In this document: one piece after another, positions 1 to 13,147 of the stretch
Layout: each line of letters opens with the position of its first letter
How positions within the stretch are numbered: the stretch's first letter is position 1
Assembly: GCA_027492635.1 (NCBI GenBank)
Contig: JAPUEH010000009.1
Span: 48 to 64,047 of the forward strand
Direction: 5' to 3'
Length of the DNA stretch: 64,000 nt
Origin: Candidatus Saccharimonadota bacterium
GTDB lineage: Bacteria > Patescibacteriota > Saccharimonadia > Saccharimonadales > Saccharimonadaceae
Made by a program: the position numbers and the translations under genes
The notes under the pieces: generated by a model
Told to the model about the DNA's origin: nothing
Database searches by the model: none
The model's input: the letters and a program-made list of their open reading frames with translations, nothing else

Positions 1-640
<640 letters not shown>

Positions 641-705
641 AAATGTATTGGAAAATCCAATACCTGACTTACTATACATAAATATTAACTGACGATGATT
701 TGCAC

Positions 706-766
706 AACCTAATTGTTAATGAACATTTTTAAATCTGCTCGCTGACTCCACGAAAACCTAATTGTT
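706..766 (-). promoter_or_regulatory. Two boxA-like repeats in the 16S leader
   Basis: The 12-nt direct repeat AACCTAATTGTT occurs at 706-717 and 755-766. On the rRNA-sense strand it reads AACAAUUAGGUU, and the first copy reads CAUUAACAAUUAGG. This resembles the boxA antitermination core (UUUAACAAUU) of rRNA leaders. Confidence 0.35.
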
Positions 767-858
767 CGTCGCTTCGTCTAGGCTTATTGCCCTCCTCACG
801 ACCAGACTGATACTTAGCTTACCGCACAATACCCATGTGCGTCAAGGGTTTTCTTGCA

Positions 859-1281
859 TTAAATTGTGACTAAAAACACAACATAGCCAACCACCAAGCC
901 AATAGCCACTCCAGCAAGCACTTCATGTGGCTCATGCCCCTTCGCAACACTCGGTGCACGAATAGCACTTTTTGTCTCTCGTAGCAGCTTCTTTAATACT
1001 ACTCCCTGAGCACCGCTAGAGCGTCGCACCATCACGGCGTCATACATTACAATCCCCGCAAACAGCGCAGCCAAGCCAAACAGACCGCTCGAAAATCCAT
1101 CTCGCAATCCGATCGTCATGGCAACGGCTACCACTGTTGCGCTATGCGCGCTTGGCATTCCTCCAGAGATATAAAGCTGGCGCAGATCAGACATACTGCC
1201 TTTCTGCGCCGCGTTTATCACATATTTAGCGCCCTGCGAAGCAAGCCAGCCCATCAAAGCCGCAAGCAGGTAGGGAGACAT
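859..1281 (-). CDS. Divergent PAP2 (DUF212/YuiD-like) membrane protein
   Basis: 140-aa ORF with the GGMPSAHSA motif and hydrophobic segments typical of the divergent PAP2 family. Confidence 0.8.
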   Translation of the reverse strand: MSPYLLAALMGWLASQGAKYVINAAQKGSMSDLRQLYISGGMPSAHSATVVAVAMTIGLRDGFSSGLFGLAALFAGIVMYDAVMVRRSSGAQGVVLKKLLRETKSAIRAPSVAKGHEPHEVLAGVAIGLVVGYVVFLVTI

Positions 1282-1284
1282 ATG

Positions 1285-3807
1285 CTACTCTTCCTCGTCC
1301 TTCTTCTCAGTAATAAGACCGATCGACGAAACACTATCTCCTTCACTAAGTCGCATGATTGTCACTCCTTGAGTAGTACGTCCAAGCAACTTAATGTCGT
1401 TCAGACCCAAACGAATTGTCTGGCCATTCTTAGAGATTAAGATTGCCTCAGTCGCCTCAGGATCAACGGTCTGAACCGAAATGATCGGGCCAGTCTTTGC
1501 GGTCACAACCGCTGCCTTAATACCAACACCTCCGCGTTTGTGGCTTGGGAAATTTTCTGCCTTTGTCTTCTTGCCAAAACCTTTCTCGCTAATAACAAGG
1601 AGGGTTTGCTCGGCGTCAGTTACTACATCCATACCAACAACCCAATCATTTGGACGAAGCCGCGCCCCGCGCACTCCGCGAGCTGCACGGCCCATAGGAC
1701 GCGCATCTTTTTCGTTGAAGCGCACCGCCTGGCCAGCGGACGTCGAGATGATGATATCGTTTTCACCAGTCGTCTTCTTAATCCATCGCAGGTCATCGCC
1801 ATCATCAAGCTTGATGGCAATCAAGCCATTGGTACGAATATTGGCATAGTCTTTGAGCGGTGTTTTTTTAATTGTACCCTTTACGGTCGCCATAAAGAGA
1901 TAACCGTCGTCATTTGCGTCTTTCTCATGACGAATGATAGAAGTAATCTTCTCTTCGGGCTGTAACTGAAGCAGATTCACCGCCGCAACACCCTTGGCAG
2001 CAAGACCAGCCGCTGGCACCTCATAGGCTTTGAGACGGAATACACGCCCACGATTGGTAAAGAAGAGCAGATAATCATGCGTACTCGCAGGCACGAGTTG
2101 ATCAATGATATCTTCCTCTTTTGTCGTCATGCCCCGCTTACCCTTGCCTCCACGATTTTGTTTGCGATAATCGCTTGCAAGTGTACGCTTGATGTAGTTT
2201 TCGCCCGTAAGCAAGATGACTGACTCTTCCTCTGGAATCAGCTCTTCGTCGCTAAACTTACCAAGCTCATGATTGATAATTTGGCTACGTCGCTCGTCGC
2301 CATACTTTTCTTTTACCTCAAGCAGCTCCGTCTTAATAATCTTAAGGATTTCTTTTTCATCAGCCAAAATACCCTCAAGCTTTGCAATCAACTTGATAAG
2401 TTCGTTGAGCTCATTCTCGACGGCTTCACGCTCAAGTCCTGTCAGGCGACGAAGTTGCATCGCAAGGATCGCCTTTGCCTGAATCTCACTAAGTTTAAAC
2501 TTGGCAATCAACGCTTTTTCCGCTTCATCTTGCGTCTTGCTGGCGCGGATTGTCTTGATTACTTCGTCGATATGATCAAGTGCGATCTTATACCCTTCGA
2601 GGATATGTGCGCGCTCTTTGGCTTTTCGGAGCTCAAATTCCGTACGACGGCGCACAACCTGCTGGCGGTGCTTCACAAACTCTTGTAGCATCTCTTGAAG
2701 CCCCAAGATTCGTGGCTGCAGGCCATCGACAAGCGCCAACATATTGAAGCTAAAGCTCGTCTGAAGTGCTGTGAGTTTATAGAGCTGGTTAAGTAGCTTC
2801 TTCGGGTACGCATCTTTTTTGAGCTCAATAACAACTCGCACCTTGCCTCGTGCTGTCTCATCGCGCAAATCACTAATACCGGTAATTTTCTTATCTTTGA
2901 CAAGTTCGGCAATTTTCTCAATAAGCGTCGCTTTGTTAACACCGTATGGCACCTCTGTCACAACAATCTGATGCCGACCTTTTTTCGTCTCTTCAATAGC
3001 AGCAACGGCACGCACCATCACACTGCCGCGACCAGTCTGATACGCTTGTTTCATTGGCGCGCCACCATAGATTACCGCACCCGTTGGAAAATCAGGACCC
3101 TTGACATGTTTTAGCAGATCATCAATCGTAGCGTGCTCATTGTCGATCAATTCAATTGATGCGTCGACTAATTCACCCAGATTATGCGGTGGAATATTGG
3201 TTGCCATACCGACGGCGATACCAATTTGCCCATTGAGAAGTAGGTTTGGCACTTTCGCCGGCAGAACAATCGGCTCTTGGCGCGATCCATCGTAGTTGGG
3301 CTTAAAATCAATTGTCTCTTTGTCAATATCGGCCAACATCTCGTCAGCCAGCTTCGCCATACGCGCTTCGGTGTAACGCATAGCAGCGGCTTCGTCACCG
3401 TCCATTGAACCAAAGTTACCTTGGCCTTGAATCAGCGGATAGCGGAGCGACCACGGCTGCGCAAGGCGCACCATCGAGTTATATATTGCAGAGTCACCAT
3501 GCGGATGATACTTACCCATCACGTCACCAACAATCAAGGCGCTTTTGACAAACTTGCTGCCCGAGCGATTGCCATTCTGCTCCATCGAATACATGATACG
3601 GCGATGCACTGGCTTGAGCCCGTCGCGCACATCCGGCAATGCACGATCAACAATCACACTCATCGAGTAGCGCAAAAAGCTATCTTCCATGACGTTCTCT
3701 AGGGTGCGATATTCAATACCTGTGGTATTTTCAACAACTTCTGCATCAATCGGCTCTTGATTGTCATCCATTGGTACGTTGTCTGGTGTTGTAGTTTTGT
3801 CATCCAT
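1285..3807 (-). CDS. gyrA: DNA gyrase subunit A
   Basis: 840-aa ORF with [16 protein letters not shown] and the catalytic-Tyr region [10 protein letters not shown], plus C-terminal beta-pinwheel repeats. It lies directly downstream of gyrB. Confidence 0.98.
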   Translation of the reverse strand: MDDKTTTPDNVPMDDNQEPIDAEVVENTTGIEYRTLENVMEDSFLRYSMSVIVDRALPDVRDGLKPVHRRIMYSMEQNGNRSGSKFVKSALIVGDVMGKYHPHGDSAIYNSMVRLAQPWSLRYPLIQGQGNFGSMDGDEAAAMRYTEARMAKLADEMLADIDKETIDFKPNYDGSRQEPIVLPAKVPNLLLNGQIGIAVGMATNIPPHNLGELVDASIELIDNEHATIDDLLKHVKGPDFPTGAVIYGGAPMKQAYQTGRGSVMVRAVAAIEETKKGRHQIVVTEVPYGVNKATLIEKIAELVKDKKITGISDLRDETARGKVRVVIELKKDAYPKKLLNQLYKLTALQTSFSFNMLALVDGLQPRILGLQEMLQEFVKHRQQVVRRRTEFELRKAKERAHILEGYKIALDHIDEVIKTIRASKTQDEAEKALIAKFKLSEIQAKAILAMQLRRLTGLEREAVENELNELIKLIAKLEGILADEKEILKIIKTELLEVKEKYGDERRSQIINHELGKFSDEELIPEEESVILLTGENYIKRTLASDYRKQNRGGKGKRGMTTKEEDIIDQLVPASTHDYLLFFTNRGRVFRLKAYEVPAAGLAAKGVAAVNLLQLQPEEKITSIIRHEKDANDDGYLFMATVKGTIKKTPLKDYANIRTNGLIAIKLDDGDDLRWIKKTTGENDIIISTSAGQAVRFNEKDARPMGRAARGVRGARLRPNDWVVGMDVVTDAEQTLLVISEKGFGKKTKAENFPSHKRGGVGIKAAVVTAKTGPIISVQTVDPEATEAILISKNGQTIRLGLNDIKLLGRTTQGVTIMRLSEGDSVSSIGLITEKKDEEE

Positions 3808-3808
3808 A

Positions 3809-5791
<1,983 letters not shown>

Positions 5792-5944
5792 TCACTGTTT
5801 CTCGAATTTCAGCTATTTACAACTTCTCCATTATACCGCACAACTATTGTTCACTCAAGATATTTGTACTGAACATAATTGTTATGCTAAAATAATAAGT
5901 ACTATTATATCCAGGGTTGAAATGGGCAGGATACAAATACACAT

Positions 5945-7156
5945 ATGTTTCGAAAACTAGTCACAAGTCTATCATTTAGTCCAAGTGTCATTGGTGAGCT
6001 AGGGACATATAATCTACGTCTCAAGCGAGAACAGGCACAACGAGGACTTGGTCTTTTTTTCCTCGTGTTGGCACTTATCGTTCAAACCCTTGCTGTTTCT
6101 TTTCCTCCAGAGTCCGCGAACGCAGCAAATGAAAATGATATCGTATATGGCGGCATTGATTCTCTTGAAGACCTAGTAGCAAAATATGACAAAAATGATC
6201 AGAATATCAGAGATATCTACACCTCACTCGGAATTACACGAGCCGAGCTATTAATGTTGCAACCTGGCACTGTACGTCCAGCGGGTCAATACTATGTAGC
6301 TGGACGCACTTCACAAATAAGTACCGAGCTCGGTGAGCACACTCACTCCTTTCACAAGGAGCACGGTGGTCAAGGTACTATTTATATTGCCCCCACGCGC
6401 CAGCTTGATGCTACTGCATATTCGTATGCTTACAAAACATATCCTGCCCTCATCAGCAATTCAGTACGCACAGGCGCGTTCGCTATTATCACCAAATCAG
6501 GAAACCCCGTCATCTCGTCACTACCAAAAAGCAGCCAGCAGACAACACCACAGTGTCAGGATCAAAACACCACCTCGACGTGCAAGCAGCCCATCATATA
6601 CACAAAGTCTGCCACCAACAACAGCCAAAACAAAATTGCCACAAATGCAACCGCACAAGCCTCTGACCGTATTACCTATACGATTCGTGCAAAAAATATC
6701 GGTGACAAAACAGTTGACGTGCCTTTTTCAGACAGGCTACATGACGTCTTAGAGTATGCCGAAGTCGTGGACACAAACGGTGGTACATTTGATGTAGCAA
6801 CCAAAACAATCACTTGGCCAGATACCCCAATAACAGCACAAGAGACATCTTCGCGGAGCTTTTCTGTGCGCATCAAATCACACCTACCCGCCACCGCACA
6901 AGGGCTAGGAAATCCAATGTCATATGACTGCATTATTTCCAACACAAATACGAACACCATATCTATTGACGTTGCCTGTCCCGCCCCCAAGTTCATTGAA
7001 GCAATCACAACAGAATTGCCACAAAGTTCAGTAAAAACAAGCCTGGCTGCGGGTACTATTCTGTTACTATTGACTCTCTATTTCTATGCAAGAGCCCGAC
7101 AGCAACGAGAAGAACTCCGTCTGATCAGAAAAGACATTAATGCAGGTGCGATATAA
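5945..7156 (+). CDS. Secreted or anchored surface protein with a DUF11-like repeat domain
   Basis: 403-aa ORF with an N-terminal TM/signal segment (LGLFFLVLALIVQTLAV). It has a DUF11-like segment (ITYTIRAKNIGDKTVDVPFSDRL) and a C-terminal TM helix followed by a basic tail. Confidence 0.6.
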   Translation: MFRKLVTSLSFSPSVIGELGTYNLRLKREQAQRGLGLFFLVLALIVQTLAVSFPPESANAANENDIVYGGIDSLEDLVAKYDKNDQNIRDIYTSLGITRAELLMLQPGTVRPAGQYYVAGRTSQISTELGEHTHSFHKEHGGQGTIYIAPTRQLDATAYSYAYKTYPALISNSVRTGAFAIITKSGNPVISSLPKSSQQTTPQCQDQNTTSTCKQPIIYTKSATNNSQNKIATNATAQASDRITYTIRAKNIGDKTVDVPFSDRLHDVLEYAEVVDTNGGTFDVATKTITWPDTPITAQETSSRSFSVRIKSHLPATAQGLGNPMSYDCIISNTNTNTISIDVACPAPKFIEAITTELPQSSVKTSLAAGTILLLLTLYFYARARQQREELRLIRKDINAGAI

Positions 7157-7167
7157 AAGGAACAATC

Positions 7168-7596
7168 ATGACACATAATCTTCCGACATCAGATCACTCC
7201 AGTTCACCCGAGAGCATCGGCGGTCATTCTGGCAGCTCTAATTCAGAATCAGCAACCACTCAAGACATCAGTAAAAAAGACCGTGTGGCAGCATATTCAA
7301 ACACGCTCAAGCAGGCTCGCACTCATATGCACCCTTTGGGGGGAAATTTTAGCCGCTTCATACACCTTCGCGGCATCGAACTACTTAGTGACTCTATCGG
7401 CAGCACGCTCATGAGGCCAAGAGCAATCTTATACGGCTCTATCGCCTCGTTGCTATCTACTTTTGTTCTTTATTTTTCTGCTAAATATTTCGGCTACCCA
7501 CTCTCTGGATCTGAGTCAATCGCTGCCTTTATCGCAGGGTGGTTAATCGGCATAATTACAGACTACACCCGAATGCTTATCCGTGGTGGACGCTAA
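7168..7596 (+). CDS. Hypothetical membrane protein
   Basis: 142-aa ORF starting 12 nt after the previous gene. It has a Ser-rich N-terminus and two C-terminal hydrophobic helices. Confidence 0.55.
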   Translation: MTHNLPTSDHSSSPESIGGHSGSSNSESATTQDISKKDRVAAYSNTLKQARTHMHPLGGNFSRFIHLRGIELLSDSIGSTLMRPRAILYGSIASLLSTFVLYFSAKYFGYPLSGSESIAAFIAGWLIGIITDYTRMLIRGGR

Positions 7597-7657
7597 ATCC
7601 CGACTCAAACCTATCAACACACACCCTGTGCTTACACCAAAGCAAACTCTCCAGGAC

Positions 7658-10600
7658 CTAGCGAATCTTTACTGAGACTTCACCGTCGGCTGCCTGAACA
7701 TTACGAGGTTGAAGCGACTGCATAGGCGCGGGTTGCGACGAAGACACATTCGGCTGAGCCTGAACCATCACGGACGTGCCATTCGTTGGCTGCATAGGCA
7801 TCGGTGCGACAGGCTGCTGCAATGAAGATACGTCCATACCTGCTGCAACAACTTGCTGCTGTGTTATTCCGGGCTGCATAGCCACTGGCTGGACAATCGG
7901 AGGCTGAGCAGCATATCCCTGCATTGGAGAGTTCTGCTGAGCAAGCTGTGGGGCATTGGGTACTGGTGCATAAACACCTTGCTGAGGAGTTGGCATTGGC
8001 TGTTGCAAAGGTGAAGGCATGACCTGCTGCGAAGACATAGCGGTAGGCTGTTGCATAGGCGAAAGTGGAGCCGGCTGCCCAGCAGGAGCATTTGCCACCT
8101 GCCCCCCAGAAGAGGCTGACGGCTGCGGTATGCCTGGCTGTCGAATCACTCCTGGGCGTGCCGCACCAGATTGTTGACGCTTAGCCAACCACTCATCCAA
8201 AAAGGAGCCTCCCTGCTTTGGCGCGCCAGGCGCACCAATTCGATTGCCAGCACCTGGTCCGACGGTAGGCTTTGGCCTAGTAGCAATTCGCTTGGAAATA
8301 TCAGCCTCTACCTCTGCACGCGGGCGGCCATATTTAGTAGCAGATAGCTTCTTCATTGCGTCAGCTAGCTTCTCATTTGATTTGGCGAGCGGAGGCGTAA
8401 ACGACATACTAAATGGCGCCGAAGGCGTATTGTTGATCATCACACTAGCTACACCCTGGAAATTTGGCATCTTCGTCAGATCATCTGTTGTAAACACTGG
8501 CTCGAACTTCTTCACTAGCAGTTCCGCATCTGTTACACCGATACGACCAGAAACAACCGTACCAACGTTACCGATAATTGCTTCGCGAATTTTATCTGTC
8601 AGCTGCGTCATAAACTGATTGGCCATAATAAGGCTCAGGTGATACTTTCGCGCCTCAGACAAGATAGACTCAAAGCTTTCAGTCATAAAGTTCTGAAACT
8701 CGTCAACATACAAACTAAAATCTTCACGCTGATCCTCTGGGGTATCCGCTCGTGCCATCGCCGCCGCCTGAAACTTCATCACAAAAATGATACCAAGCAG
8801 CTTTGAGTTGATTTCACCCATTTTACCTTTTGACAGGTTGACAATCAAAATCTTACGATTATCCATAATATCGCGTAGATTAAATCCAGATTTTGTCTGT
8901 CCAATAATATTACGCATCGCGTCATTGCTGAGGAATGGTCCAAATTTCGATGCCACCCAGCTTACAAGTTCGCCTGACTCGCTTGATTTTTGTGAGGCTG
9001 GCCACTCTTTAGTCCAAAACTCTAATACTGTTGGATCAGTCACATACTTGAGTTTACTTTTCATAAACTCCTGATCCACAAGAAGCTTCGGTATATCAAT
9101 GAATGTACCGCCTTCAGGATCGCTCATAAGTAATAGCGCTGCATTGCGGAAAATATGCTCAAGACGCGGACCCACGATACCCGTATGACCTGGGTCGTAG
9201 AGACCATAGAGCATATTAATCGCCTCCTGCACCAAAAAGTCCTTTTGGTCAGGCGTATTAAATTCGAACATATTAAGCCCTATAGGATCATCCATATCTG
9301 CCGGATTGAAGTAAATCACATCCTCTACACGCTCTTTTGGTACCGCTCCCATCAATATTTCCGCAGAATCGCCATGCGGATCGATAAAAGCAAAGCCCTT
9401 GCCGTCCATCATGTCCTGGTACGCTAAGTTCTCGAGGAACTTCGACTTACCAGTACCCGTCTGACCAATCATATACAGATGTCGGCGGCGGTCATTGGTA
9501 CTAAGGCGTATTGGCTTTTTAACGCCACGGAACTCGTTATACCCAATCAAGAAACCTTCATCCATAATCTCTGTAGGACCATCCACCTGTTTACTCATCT
9601 GGCGCTTAACCTGAGCAGTTGGGATATTCTTCTGATCAGGTAGATGAAACAACGTTGCAAGCTCAACCGTATTCAAGATATTGCCCCGCAGGCTCTGTGG
9701 AAAAAAGCGAAATATATAGGCCGTCACCAATTCATCAATATTACGCGTAGGGCTAAAAATAAAACCGTTATTATTTGGTGAGTCAAACAACGAAAAAGCC
9801 GCAACGATATTCTTTAGCAGCATCTGAGAGCGAGCCGCCGTTGCAGAAGATACAACAACACGTATTACCATTTCATACCCTGGATACTTCGTCTTCTCTT
9901 CTATTGCCTCTATGCCCTGTTGTTCGATTGACGTCAGCTGACGCTCAACATTATTTTCCTCACCCTTTTCTTCAACGGAAGGCGGTTTCCAAAGCGCTTC
10001 GGCTAAATCTTTAGCAGCAATAGCACCGGCAAACCCAGAACTCCGTCCTGATACACGATCTTTTTTCACCTTCTCAACCGTGTGCATTGATGTCTTTGCC
10101 CAACCCTCCGCAGCAGGCCTCATAAGAATCTGTATACCCACGCCATCCTCGCGCCCTATCGTAGAAAGTGCATTGAGCAATGCGCGCGATGCGTCACGAC
10201 GCGTCTCTTGATAGGTTGCAATCGGATATACATAGCTTTTTTTCAACGACAACTCACCGCCAATCACAGAACTAATGCTCGTATCTTTCGTAAATACGCT
10301 ATGCTCCTCAACTTCCTCGAGGCGCGCCGAAGGATACGCTGCAACAACGGCTTGACGCACCACATCGACCAGCACGGTAGGTACAACTGCATAGTAGTAA
10401 ATAAGCCCTTCTTTGGCCACAATCTCAAATGAGATATGGCGCTGCCCATAAATACGATGTTTAAACCCACGCTGGGCAGTGCTTGCGATAATGTTATACA
10501 TCACCTGCGCCTGCGAAAGTAGCTCGTCGGTTATATCTCGCTCATCTCGGCCACCACGCTCTAAGTCTTCACTTGTTGGCGGCAGATGAATCAGCATAGG

Positions 10601-10729
10601 CACCATCTTGAGGCCACGCTCATAGTTTTTGGCTTCCCTCATCATATTTTGATATACCACATAGCCAATAACAACAAGCGTTGTTGCTATAACCAAAATA
10701 CCCAATATACCGATTATTACACTTATCAT
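7658..10729 (-). CDS. VirD4/TraD-like (TrwB_AAD_bind / TraG-D_C type) coupling-protein ATPase with N-terminal TM anchor and C-terminal Pro/Gln-rich tail
   Basis: 1023-aa ORF with Walker A MIGQTGTGKSKF followed by FIDPHGD and NPAD..PIGLN. Walker B/TraG-D_C-like motifs are YVDEFQNF and ARKYHLSLIMANQ. The N-terminal helix is ISVIIGILGILVIATTLVVIGYVV. The last ~210 codons (about 7658-8290) are low-complexity P/Q/M/A. Confidence 0.75.
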   Translation of the reverse strand: MISVIIGILGILVIATTLVVIGYVVYQNMMREAKNYERGLKMVPMLIHLPPTSEDLERGGRDERDITDELLSQAQVMYNIIASTAQRGFKHRIYGQRHISFEIVAKEGLIYYYAVVPTVLVDVVRQAVVAAYPSARLEEVEEHSVFTKDTSISSVIGGELSLKKSYVYPIATYQETRRDASRALLNALSTIGREDGVGIQILMRPAAEGWAKTSMHTVEKVKKDRVSGRSSGFAGAIAAKDLAEALWKPPSVEEKGEENNVERQLTSIEQQGIEAIEEKTKYPGYEMVIRVVVSSATAARSQMLLKNIVAAFSLFDSPNNNGFIFSPTRNIDELVTAYIFRFFPQSLRGNILNTVELATLFHLPDQKNIPTAQVKRQMSKQVDGPTEIMDEGFLIGYNEFRGVKKPIRLSTNDRRRHLYMIGQTGTGKSKFLENLAYQDMMDGKGFAFIDPHGDSAEILMGAVPKERVEDVIYFNPADMDDPIGLNMFEFNTPDQKDFLVQEAINMLYGLYDPGHTGIVGPRLEHIFRNAALLLMSDPEGGTFIDIPKLLVDQEFMKSKLKYVTDPTVLEFWTKEWPASQKSSESGELVSWVASKFGPFLSNDAMRNIIGQTKSGFNLRDIMDNRKILIVNLSKGKMGEINSKLLGIIFVMKFQAAAMARADTPEDQREDFSLYVDEFQNFMTESFESILSEARKYHLSLIMANQFMTQLTDKIREAIIGNVGTVVSGRIGVTDAELLVKKFEPVFTTDDLTKMPNFQGVASVMINNTPSAPFSMSFTPPLAKSNEKLADAMKKLSATKYGRPRAEVEADISKRIATRPKPTVGPGAGNRIGAPGAPKQGGSFLDEWLAKRQQSGAARPGVIRQPGIPQPSASSGGQVANAPAGQPAPLSPMQQPTAMSSQQVMPSPLQQPMPTPQQGVYAPVPNAPQLAQQNSPMQGYAAQPPIVQPVAMQPGITQQQVVAAGMDVSSLQQPVAPMPMQPTNGTSVMVQAQPNVSSSQPAPMQSLQPRNVQAADGEVSVKIR

Positions 10730-10744
10730 ACCGTATTGTTCCGC

Positions 10745-11164
10745 CTAGTCACTACTTGCACCAATCTGGCGCCCATATCGCTTCATCAGATAATCTCTCT
10801 GTAATTCACCGATAGCCTTCTCTCTTGCAAACGGATTATCTTTAGTCTGCAAAATTACTTGCTTCGCGCGATCTACCCACTCCTTTTCTATCACATCGTC
10901 ATCATTTGCGGCGGTTGGATTCACTGCGGGATCTGCAGACACTGCTACAGGGTCAGCAGCAGGCTGCGCTACAGTTGGTATTGAAACTGGAGTCAAGGGC
11001 GGAGGCGGAGGTGCCAACTCAATAGGACTATGCTGCTCCACCCGGCGTTCGGGTGACACTTCCAGGTTATTTTCGGGAGACACTGGCGCAACTTCATACG
11101 ACTCTACCTGCGGAAGAGGGGCTTGCTCCATTGGTCGAGGGCCTGGTGAAAACTCGGGCTGCAT
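10745..11164 (-). CDS. Hypothetical Pro-rich protein with a conserved-looking C-terminal domain
   Basis: 139-aa ORF located 15 nt upstream of the ATPase gene on the same strand. It has a proline-rich N-half and a charged helical C-terminus (DDVIEKEWVDRAKQVILQTKDNPFAREKAIGELQRDYL). Confidence 0.55.
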   Translation of the reverse strand: MQPEFSPGPRPMEQAPLPQVESYEVAPVSPENNLEVSPERRVEQHSPIELAPPPPPLTPVSIPTVAQPAADPVAVSADPAVNPTAANDDDVIEKEWVDRAKQVILQTKDNPFAREKAIGELQRDYLMKRYGRQIGASSD

Positions 11165-11260
11165 ACCTGTTAGTATAGCATAGACGTAAGCATATTGGTT
11201 GATTTTTAGGTCTATTCAAGACTATAAAAAATATCACACCCCGCACGCCATAAAAACGAC

Positions 11261-11647
11261 CTACGCCGTCTGGCGCGAGACGTACAAACATCCAATCGCG
11301 AGCAAGAGCAACACCAATATCAGCTCAGTAACTCCTACCTTACCGACCGACCGCAAGCTCACCAAAATCAGAGGGCCAAGCGCAAGAATTGATGCAAAAT
11401 AATACGAGCGGCGCAGGGTAACATCATCCGCCACCCTTCCCGTACGATCGCTATAAAAAAGCCTGGTAATCACCCTGTGTGTCCCAAAAATAAAAAAAGT
11501 CAGCATAACAACTGACATAACATATGACAACAAAAAAACAGTCAAAATCCCTGTCGCACCCGCATTTGCTGGCGTCGTTGAGGAGAGTAGATAGCCCAGC
11601 CCGCTTGCTGCAGCTATTCCAACAATAAGAAGAATTTTCATAAACAT
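11261..11647 (-). CDS. Hypothetical 4-TM membrane protein
   Basis: The ORF track extends to 11755, but GGAGGA at 11650-11655 precedes ATG 11647 and ATG 11641 (MFMKILLIVG...). The product is almost entirely hydrophobic helices. Confidence 0.6.
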   Translation of the reverse strand: MFMKILLIVGIAAASGLGYLLSSTTPANAGATGILTVFLLSYVMSVVMLTFFIFGTHRVITRLFYSDRTGRVADDVTLRRSYYFASILALGPLILVSLRSVGKVGVTELILVLLLLAIGCLYVSRQTA

Positions 11648-12071
11648 CCTCCTCGTAGTATACAACACAAGGGTGTCTGAGTAGTAGCTATAAGAATAGT
11701 GATCGACAACCACCGCTATGTAGTAAATAAAAGGGCGGGCGATACAACTATTCAACTACCACTCGAGACGACTGACCGCCCAGGGAAGTTCCCGGGCAAA
11801 ACTTATGTAGTGCGTTCCTCGTTTCATACCTGGAATTCACCTGGTTTCATAAACAAGGATTATCCAGGTACAAAACTGTACCGGCAATACATGCGCTCAA
11901 CATCAATTAGTTTGACGGAGCTTCGGCAGCACCATCACTACAAAATGTAGAGAATGCTACTGCCAGTTCCAGCGTCAAACACACCAAAATTGTATGTTGC
12001 AAGACTGTGTTGGTTGGGCCGAATTGTTAAGGTTTTTTGTTGCTTTTTGTGTTTGTAAAAGCTTAGGTTTC

Positions 12072-12100
12072 ACTATAGCAAACAACTCATGCTTTGTCAA
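12072..12100 (-). promoter_or_regulatory. Near-consensus sigma70-type promoter (TTGACA-N17-TATAGT) facing the membrane-protein/ATPase operon
   Basis: The minus strand reads attaTTGACAaagcatgagttgtttgcTATAGTgaaacc, with an A/T-rich upstream tract. The -35 is at 12095-12100 and the -10 at 12072-12077. Confidence 0.6.
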
Positions 12101-13112
12101 TAATTTTTCTGTCAAAAACGTTGTTGTAAATGATTTGGATAATAAATGCAGCATTTTTTACAGATATAAATATTGTATATAGCAATTTTATCAACGTTAG
12201 TCTTTATACAACAATATATTAATCCTGTTCGTACATTTCGGCTATTTGTGCAAAAATAACTACTACATGCAGCCGCAGATGCAACAACCCGTACGTCACT
12301 CAATCGCCCATAGAATCGTCCAGCTGAGCACCGTAGAATATTGTGCAGGGGCGGCCGTAAAAGCATCTAGATAGACTCGAATAGCCTCCCGCAGCCAAAG
12401 TCCAAACGTTACCTATGTACTTATACATACACGACCCCCTGATGCCCAGCCCCAATCCAAATACCACCATGTAGTCGACCAAAACAACCCGTTCGCAAAC
12501 AGCCTAAATAATAGACCTGTCATTCCAGTTCCACAAAGCTCGCCTTTGCTTGCCGACTGCTGCCATCCAAACTTCATTCGGATTACAGACATCATTGATT
12601 CAATACCAACTAGATAGCATTGAATATCGCTTCGGCCTGCAGTCTATCGTTATCGTGCAAGCCAGCTAGCTAGCCTGCGGAGATTCTCTAGCTACGCCAA
12701 AACAACAAACCGCAGCAATCAGGTCATCGTTCACCCTACTTACAGCTCACTCACGATTGTTGCCAAGCCCGCATCTAGCTCATCCGCTTACAGCCCAACT
12801 CGCCACAACTCATCGCACCGCACAGTCCAAATCACTGCCGATTCATTATCCGCCGAACCTAGTGCACGATAACTACCGCGAACACGAACATGATTATTCA
12901 TTCCATAGCTATGTGCGCAACACAAAAACGCAAGCTCACGACCAAGTAGCCAAACCACATAAGCCATCTCGCACAACATCACACACCCCTACGCTGCTAT
13001 GGACTGTAATTATCACACCGACACAAAATATGGCTCACAAACCAGCCCGAGACACTACATATAGATTTTCCACACGCCCAAAAACTTTATCAAAAAATCT
13101 TTTGCAAAATCA

Positions 13113-13141
13113 TTGACACAAGCGCTTTGGCATCATATTAT
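13113..13141 (+). promoter_or_regulatory. Near-consensus sigma70-type promoter (TTGACA-N17-TATTAT)
   Basis: The plus strand reads caTTGACAcaagcgctttggcatcaTATTATagg. The -35 is at 13113-13118 and the -10 at 13136-13141. Confidence 0.6.
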
Positions 13142-13147
13142 AGGGGT

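Noticed and set aside
7030-7156. LPQSS followed by a TM helix and basic tail in the 403-aa surface protein, as a possible sortase sorting signal
   Set aside because: The motif deviates from LPxTG. The cytoplasmic tail is about 20 residues, longer than typical sorting signals. No sortase gene is in the window. A simple C-terminal TM anchor is the more economical reading.
11850-11885. CUGGAUAAU segment reminiscent of the TPP riboswitch P5 region
   Set aside because: The other THI-box hallmarks (CUGAGA, the ACCUGAUCUGGAUAAUGCCAGCG context) are absent. The downstream genes are unrelated to thiamine.
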